DNA of 64,000 nt from a virus. The stretch spans positions 1-64,000 of IMG/VR virus record IMGVR_UViG_3300025785_000009; one strand, written 5' to 3'. The notes below the pieces were generated by a model. The model did no database searches, was not told where the DNA came from, and saw only the letters and a list, made by a program, of their open reading frames with translations. The position numbers were made by a program, and so were the translations under genes. The first letter of the stretch is position 1. Every line of letters starts with the position of its first letter. Of the stretch, positions 58,832 to 64,000 are shown piece after piece.

Positions 58832-58921
58832 TATTTCTCCTTTGCCCCAAGGGCGTTAGCGTTCTAGGCTATCCGAAGTGGTGCTCCGAAAGTTACTCTT
58901 GTGAGTGAACACTATTATTTA
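58832..58921 (-). promoter_or_regulatory. Late promoter plus structured 5' leader
   Basis: ATAAATA followed by four tandem hairpins before the SD. Confidence 0.45.
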
Positions 58922-58931
58922 TGCGGTCAAC

Positions 58932-58956
58932 AAAAAAGCCCCTTGCGGGGCTTTTT
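58932..58956 (-). terminator. Intrinsic terminator after the major capsid gene
   Basis: AGCCCC-GCAA-GGGGCT plus U tract. Confidence 0.88.
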
Positions 58957-58990
58957 GTTTCCTTCCCATCCCTGGGTAGTAATTTTTGGA

Positions 58991-60166
58991 TTACTGGAAT
59001 GATAAGTTCGCAACTGCAATCTCACCAACGTAGTCACCAGCGTTACCTAGAGATGACGCTGTGTTTGTTAACTCAACATAACCATAACGTGTCATGAAGC
59101 TAACTACTGGTTCGAATGTACTTGGATCTAGTACAACACCAGAGCTCATCAATGGGATATATGGGCAATAGAACGCAGCTGCATCAGCCTCGCTTGAACC
59201 CTTATAACCAACTAATACAGCTTGGCTGTCGTTTGCATAACCGTCAACATAAATCTTCATTGCGCCGTTCAATGTACCAACAAACTTGGTGTTTGTAGGA
59301 GCTTCGAATGTGCCTTCTGTTGTACGAGCGAATGCAGATGTTGTAGCACTTTGTAGTACTGTTAACGCAGCTGGGGAAACAACTGCCCAGTTACCAGCAC
59401 CACGACGTGTACGCTGAGCGATCAAGTTAGCTGTACGATTGACTAGAACAGCTAAAGCAGCGTGTTCATCACCAACGAATGTAGCTGTACCAGATACTGC
59501 AGCTTGGTCAAATGTGTAATCAGTTGCAGCTAGAGCACGTAAAGAAGCCAAAATTTCTTGGTCGATCTCAACTGTGATCTCTTGTGCCAAAGCAGCCATG
59601 ATTTCAGCTTCAACATCCAAACCGTGCATAGATTGTGCATCTTGCGCAGCTTCGAATGTCCAACGAGCTGATAACTTACGTGTTTTAGCTTCTACAACTT
59701 GTTTCAAGATTTGAACGTTGATACGGTTACCTGCTACGCCTTCAAGAGCTGCTGTAGAAGTAGCTTGTGAAGTTGCAGAGTTACCAGAGTATGCTGTTGC
59801 AATCTTGAATGGGCTCAATGCCTCATCGCCAGCGTTTGCGCCGTCTGTTGATGTTGTAGCACTAACGCTATCAGCATAACGAACACGCAATGTGTGGATT
59901 TGAGCAACTGGACCTGTCATTGGTTGTACACCAACGATTTCGTTAGCGATAACTGTTGGCATTACACGACGGATAACTGGTAGAATTACACGGTTTAGTG
60001 TAGCTACGTTACCTGCTTGTGTTGAGCCAGCTGTTGCGTTCTCAGCTAACATTTTACGAGTGTTTTCTAAGATCACACCCATTGTTGTACGACGTGAACC
60101 TTGTAGGCCTTCTAACAGGGCTTCTTTGGTTTCGCCCCAACGGCTTTCTAATAATTGTTGTGTCAT
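58991..60166 (-). CDS. Major capsid protein (T4 gp23-like)
   Basis: GVQPMTGP, AKTRKLSARWTFEAAQD, YCPYIPL and TRYG motifs. Confidence 0.97.
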   Translation of the reverse strand: MTQQLLESRWGETKEALLEGLQGSRRTTMGVILENTRKMLAENATAGSTQAGNVATLNRVILPVIRRVMPTVIANEIVGVQPMTGPVAQIHTLRVRYADSVSATTSTDGANAGDEALSPFKIATAYSGNSATSQATSTAALEGVAGNRINVQILKQVVEAKTRKLSARWTFEAAQDAQSMHGLDVEAEIMAALAQEITVEIDQEILASLRALAATDYTFDQAAVSGTATFVGDEHAALAVLVNRTANLIAQRTRRGAGNWAVVSPAALTVLQSATTSAFARTTEGTFEAPTNTKFVGTLNGAMKIYVDGYANDSQAVLVGYKGSSEADAAAFYCPYIPLMSSGVVLDPSTFEPVVSFMTRYGYVELTNTASSLGNAGDYVGEIAVANLSFQ

Positions 60167-60191
60167 TTTAATTCCTCTTTCCTTTTAGGGT

Positions 60192-61307
60192 TTAATTAAG
60201 CCCTGCTAAACGTTTTAGTTCAACAACATTGGTTTGCACTTCTGTTGTTCGGCCTTCAACGGCAGTTTTAGCAGTTTTATCACCAGTTACTACTGCACGA
60301 CTCTCTGTCAAAACTGATTGCTTTTCAGCAACAACTTTAACAGCGGAATTGTTCAATACAGCTGGTAGATACTTTTCGTATGCAGTCTGAAGACGATCAG
60401 TCTGTACACTCTCGAGCAAGTCACGCATGATTGCTGACTTCTCTTTGTTCAAAGGCTTCAACATTTCTGCAAGTTTTTCTTTGCGTTCTGCTGACTCTTT
60501 GATAATCTTGATTTCTGTTTCTTTTGATTCAACTAGAGCTTTCTTGTCTTCAATTGCTGATACTGCTTCAGACAATTTCTGAGCCAAAGTACTTACAGTA
60601 CCTTGTAACTCACGGATCTGCTTGTTCTCATTTAAATGAGTACCGGCAAACTCGCTGGCGAATGCTTCAAATAGACGACGACCAAACATATTCTCACGAG
60701 CAATTTGGATATCTTCTTTTAGTTGAGTCAATTCTGACTCTAACGAACTGGTAACAGCCTCTTTAACAGCCTCGGCAGATTGTTTTACAAATTTAGCTTG
60801 TAGTTCAGCTAGTTTAGCTTTACCTTCAGCAACTAAACGAACCTTGGTTTCCACCACGGCACGCTTGTCTGCTTCAAACTCTTTGATTTCTTCTGCTAGC
60901 GCACGGATTGTAAAGTTTTCTAACTTGGCAATAGCTGCTTCGTATGTCTTACGATCTGCACGTAGTTCTTTAATTTCTTCTGATAGTTTTGCTACCATGA
61001 AATTATCAAACTTGCTGGCGCTTTCAACCATTGTGCGTTTAAATGCAACACGGTCTTCTGCTAATTGTTTTTTTTCGTCTGCAAATTCTTGTAGTTCTGC
61101 AGTGAGAGACTCTGTAACCATTTTGTCTAGAGCTTCAACCATTACAGCTTTATCATGTGAATAACGTTGTGCGAATTCTTCACGTAGTTCAGCACGTACT
61201 TGTTCTTTGGCTTCGGTAATACGAGCTTCCCAAGCTTCGGAAATTGCAGTACGAGTTTCCTCGTTAATAATTCCGTTATCCAACAATGGTTTGATAGCAT
61301 CTAACAT
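60192..61307 (-). CDS. Prohead scaffolding protein (gp22-like)
   Basis: Coiled-coil protein between protease and capsid; GRRLFEAF motif. Confidence 0.85.
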   Translation of the reverse strand: MLDAIKPLLDNGIINEETRTAISEAWEARITEAKEQVRAELREEFAQRYSHDKAVMVEALDKMVTESLTAELQEFADEKKQLAEDRVAFKRTMVESASKFDNFMVAKLSEEIKELRADRKTYEAAIAKLENFTIRALAEEIKEFEADKRAVVETKVRLVAEGKAKLAELQAKFVKQSAEAVKEAVTSSLESELTQLKEDIQIARENMFGRRLFEAFASEFAGTHLNENKQIRELQGTVSTLAQKLSEAVSAIEDKKALVESKETEIKIIKESAERKEKLAEMLKPLNKEKSAIMRDLLESVQTDRLQTAYEKYLPAVLNNSAVKVVAEKQSVLTESRAVVTGDKTAKTAVEGRTTEVQTNVVELKRLAGLN

Positions 61308-61319
61308 TGGATATTTCTC

Positions 61320-61958
61320 CTATAGTTTTAAATCTTTGATTAAGGCTTCAATGCCTTGCTTCAGGTACTTCTGTACTTTTTGATCTTGAGCGGCTTCACG
61401 TGCCGTTTCAAATACCTGCATACCACCTCGCATATTCATCAAGCCTTCATAAATGACTTTTGGATAAGCGTGAGGTGCGCTAGGCTGTGCTACGATGTCA
61501 ACGGTAATGATTTCAAAATCACTAACGTGTCCACTTCCTTCGTTAACATTACCAGATCCACGTGATGATACACCTAGTTTTACGCCTGATGTGATCATGG
61601 CTTCTACCAGTTTACCCATCGGAGTTGGCAACACTTTTAATTTTCCGTAACCTGCAGGGCCATCCATCCACATTTCTGTGATCATATGGCTAACACGGTC
61701 CAAGTTAATCTTTAGATCATCTGGGTGGTCTACTTCGCCGAGTACACTATAACCACCTTTGATTTGTTCATTAATAGTTGACACGGCTTTTTGAATTTCG
61801 TGAACAGGATATACACGTTCGTTGGCATTCTTAACGCCACCTTCGATGAATATCCCTTTCATATAGAGATCCTTACTCTTGCCGTCAGCGGATTCGCTGT
61901 GTTCAACAACGATCCCTGCACGGTCAAAAGTCAAATTCTCTTTAAGATACAAAGCCAT
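61320..61958 (-). CDS. Prohead protease (gp21-like)
   Basis: NANERVY, GEVDHP, GVSSRGSG and DIVAQPS motifs. Confidence 0.95.
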   Translation of the reverse strand: MALYLKENLTFDRAGIVVEHSESADGKSKDLYMKGIFIEGGVKNANERVYPVHEIQKAVSTINEQIKGGYSVLGEVDHPDDLKINLDRVSHMITEMWMDGPAGYGKLKVLPTPMGKLVEAMITSGVKLGVSSRGSGNVNEGSGHVSDFEIITVDIVAQPSAPHAYPKVIYEGLMNMRGGMQVFETAREAAQDQKVQKYLKQGIEALIKDLKL

Positions 61959-61979
61959 TTTGTTTCCTATCTAATACGA

Positions 61980-62957
61980 TTAACGTACTTTTCCACCGAT
62001 TTCGCTCTTCTTGTTAATTGGAACGGAACCGTTGTTACCTACTGTTTTACCTTCAGCGTCGTGTGACTTGCTGTACTCTTTACCTGTTGGTTTCTGAGCT
62101 GCTTTGCCACCTGGAACGTTTACGTTACCAGACTTGATAGTACCTTCGCCTTTGGTATATTCGTTACTTGCCTTTGTTGGGCTAGTACCGTCTTGATTGC
62201 TGTCTGCGCCTTTTGTTCTAACTGGTGTACCACCAAAATCAGCACCTGGACCTACTGGATCTTTGGTATTGATTGAAGTTTTTTTGCCAGCTGCGCCAAC
62301 TGCTGTACCTTCGGCTGCGTCGCCTTGACCGCCGTAGATATCGCCAATTTGGTCAACATATTCACGCATTAGTTCAGAAGTTGATTTGATACGGTTAGAT
62401 TTAGATTCTTCAGTCTTTTTTGCTTCTTTAGACTCTTCTTCTTTTTCTTCCTCTTCTTCAACTTCTTCTTCGTACATTTCTTCAGCCATTTCTGGTTCTT
62501 CACCGTGCTCAGCGCCCATTTCTGGTTCGTTGTGCATAGCTGGCTCTTCGCCGTGACCTTCGTCGCCCATGATTTCGTCAAACTTGGCTAATAGCTCGTC
62601 TAACTTGGCATCAATGTTCATTACTTTGTCTTCGATTTCTTCTTCAGCTGGATTGCCTTCGATTTCGTCGTGATCTTCTTCGTCGCCGAATTCTTCTTCG
62701 TCGCCGCCTAACTCTAACTCAGCGCCTTCTTCGTCGTCTTCACCCATTGCTTCTTCGGTTCCAACTTCTTTGACCATATCTTCAACCTGATCACCTGCAA
62801 CTGCTGGGTGGTCAAAGTTTTCTTCCATAGACTCTTCGTCCATGATAGATTCATATATGTCGCGTGATTTTTCTACTACGATGTCGTGAAATAATTCACG
62901 TGCTTTTTGATCTTCATCATTAATGATGTATTCAATTAACTTTTCAAACTTGTTCAT
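61980..62957 (-). CDS. Acidic prohead core protein
   Basis: Very Glu/Asp-rich; lies between portal and protease. Confidence 0.7.
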   Translation of the reverse strand: MNKFEKLIEYIINDEDQKARELFHDIVVEKSRDIYESIMDEESMEENFDHPAVAGDQVEDMVKEVGTEEAMGEDDEEGAELELGGDEEEFGDEEDHDEIEGNPAEEEIEDKVMNIDAKLDELLAKFDEIMGDEGHGEEPAMHNEPEMGAEHGEEPEMAEEMYEEEVEEEEEKEEESKEAKKTEESKSNRIKSTSELMREYVDQIGDIYGGQGDAAEGTAVGAAGKKTSINTKDPVGPGADFGGTPVRTKGADSNQDGTSPTKASNEYTKGEGTIKSGNVNVPGGKAAQKPTGKEYSKSHDAEGKTVGNNGSVPINKKSEIGGKVR

Positions 62958-63068
62958 AAGAAACCCCTTAAAAATATAGCTTTGTTAGTTATTTACTAAA
63001 GTACGTATATTTCTGGGGTTAAATGGGTATATTTTGAGGTGTTTTACAGATTTATTACAGAAAACTGC

Positions 63069-63299
63069 TTATAATCCAGCAAGAGCACCGGCTTCGGGTG
63101 CAGGTTGATATTGTTTGGCTACTGCTTCCAACTTCTTTTCGTGTTCCAATTTACGAACGTCGTGACTTTTTCTCAGCCGATTTAGGTGTGCCAATGTCAG
63201 TCGGGTTTTACGGCTATCTGACATTTTAAGAGTACTTTGATCGCTCTTTTCGTCGTAATAGCCCTCTGGTGCTGGGTCAAACAATTCCATAATATTCAT
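63069..63299 (-). CDS. Hypothetical protein (MNIMELFD...)
   Basis: TAAATA immediately upstream; RKTRLTL motif. Confidence 0.7.
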   Translation of the reverse strand: MNIMELFDPAPEGYYDEKSDQSTLKMSDSRKTRLTLAHLNRLRKSHDVRKLEHEKKLEAVAKQYQPAPEAGALAGL

Positions 63300-63321
63300 A
63301 TGAGTATTTAACCCTTTTTGA

Positions 63322-64000
63322 TTAAATTGGGCTAGCTGAACCGGCTGGACCACCAGGTGCGCCGCCGGCAGCTGGTATTGCTCCGCCTGTAGGACCGGCT
63401 CCAGCTGGTGTTGGGCCACCTGCTGTGTCAGGACCTAGACCTTCTAAATCAGCACTTACACCACCGGGGCTAATGCCTACACTACGCAATCCAGGTGCAT
63501 CTGGCTGTGCCAAATCTGTGTCGCCACGTTCTTCGGCCCAGGCCTGTTCATTTTCACTGATTTCTTGTTCGGTCATACCTAGATAACGTTTCATTAACCA
63601 ACGTTTGCTAAAATAAGGCAATGGTTCCAGCTGTGTAAATGTAGCAATACGAGCTGAGTCAATGTCGGCTTGACGATACTGTGCAAAGTTTTGTGGTTCG
63701 TTGAACGACAAATCAAACAACGATCCATCAATGTTGAAACCTCTCCAACGCATAAACAGTTTGAATTCCGAATCCAACTTGTCGGCAACCATGGCTTGCA
63801 AGCGTTGGCAATATTGGTTAAATCGCCATTCCTGAATGAGTGCTGTACCCACGCGACCATCTGTGTATGCTTGACTACCATCCTCGGCAGTGGTTGGTAA
63901 GTAGCTGCTTGGAATACGCAAACCGCGGAATAATTTATTAGTAAAGAATCGCAAGTCGGTGATTTCGCCCAGGTTGCTACCGCCCGGCAATACGTCCACG
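63322..64000 (-). CDS. Portal protein (gp20-like), C-terminal part
   Basis: LPGGSNLGEITDLRFF..KLFRGLRIPSSYL motif; truncated by the window edge. Confidence 0.92.
   Translation of the reverse strand, partial: VDVLPGGSNLGEITDLRFFTNKLFRGLRIPSSYLPTTAEDGSQAYTDGRVGTALIQEWRFNQYCQRLQAMVADKLDSEFKLFMRWRGFNIDGSLFDLSFNEPQNFAQYRQADIDSARIATFTQLEPLPYFSKRWLMKRYLGMTEQEISENEQAWAEERGDTDLAQPDAPGLRSVGISPGGVSADLEGLGPDTAGGPTPAGAGPTGGAIPAAGGAPGGPAGSASPI

Overview
A 64-kb segment of a large T4-like (myovirus) phage genome in the standard genetic code, mostly encoded on the minus strand. The right part (~20-64 kb) is the virion module: portal (partial), prohead core, protease, scaffold, major capsid, several repetitive fibre proteins, neck gp13/14/15, sheath, tube, head completion and large terminase. 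The middle (~10-20 kb) has gp32, UvsX and UvsY interleaved with modification enzymes (radical SAMs, sulfotransferase-like, methyltransferases, nucleotidyltransferase). The left part (1-9.4 kb) is an array of 14 CCA-encoding tRNA genes mixed with accessory genes and candidate structured RNAs; one atypical tRNA-Gly-like gene lies at ~25.5 kb. The most striking feature is at 6388-6608 (minus), heading the main tRNA array: a perfect TTGACA-17-TATAAT promoter, then a 38-codon leader ORF encoding all 20 amino acids, whose end overlaps one arm of an antiterminator that competes with an intrinsic terminator. This looks like a ribosome-mediated attenuator that senses shortage of any charged tRNA and switches on the phage tRNA array. 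All product calls come from motif recognition and gene order; no database searches were run.
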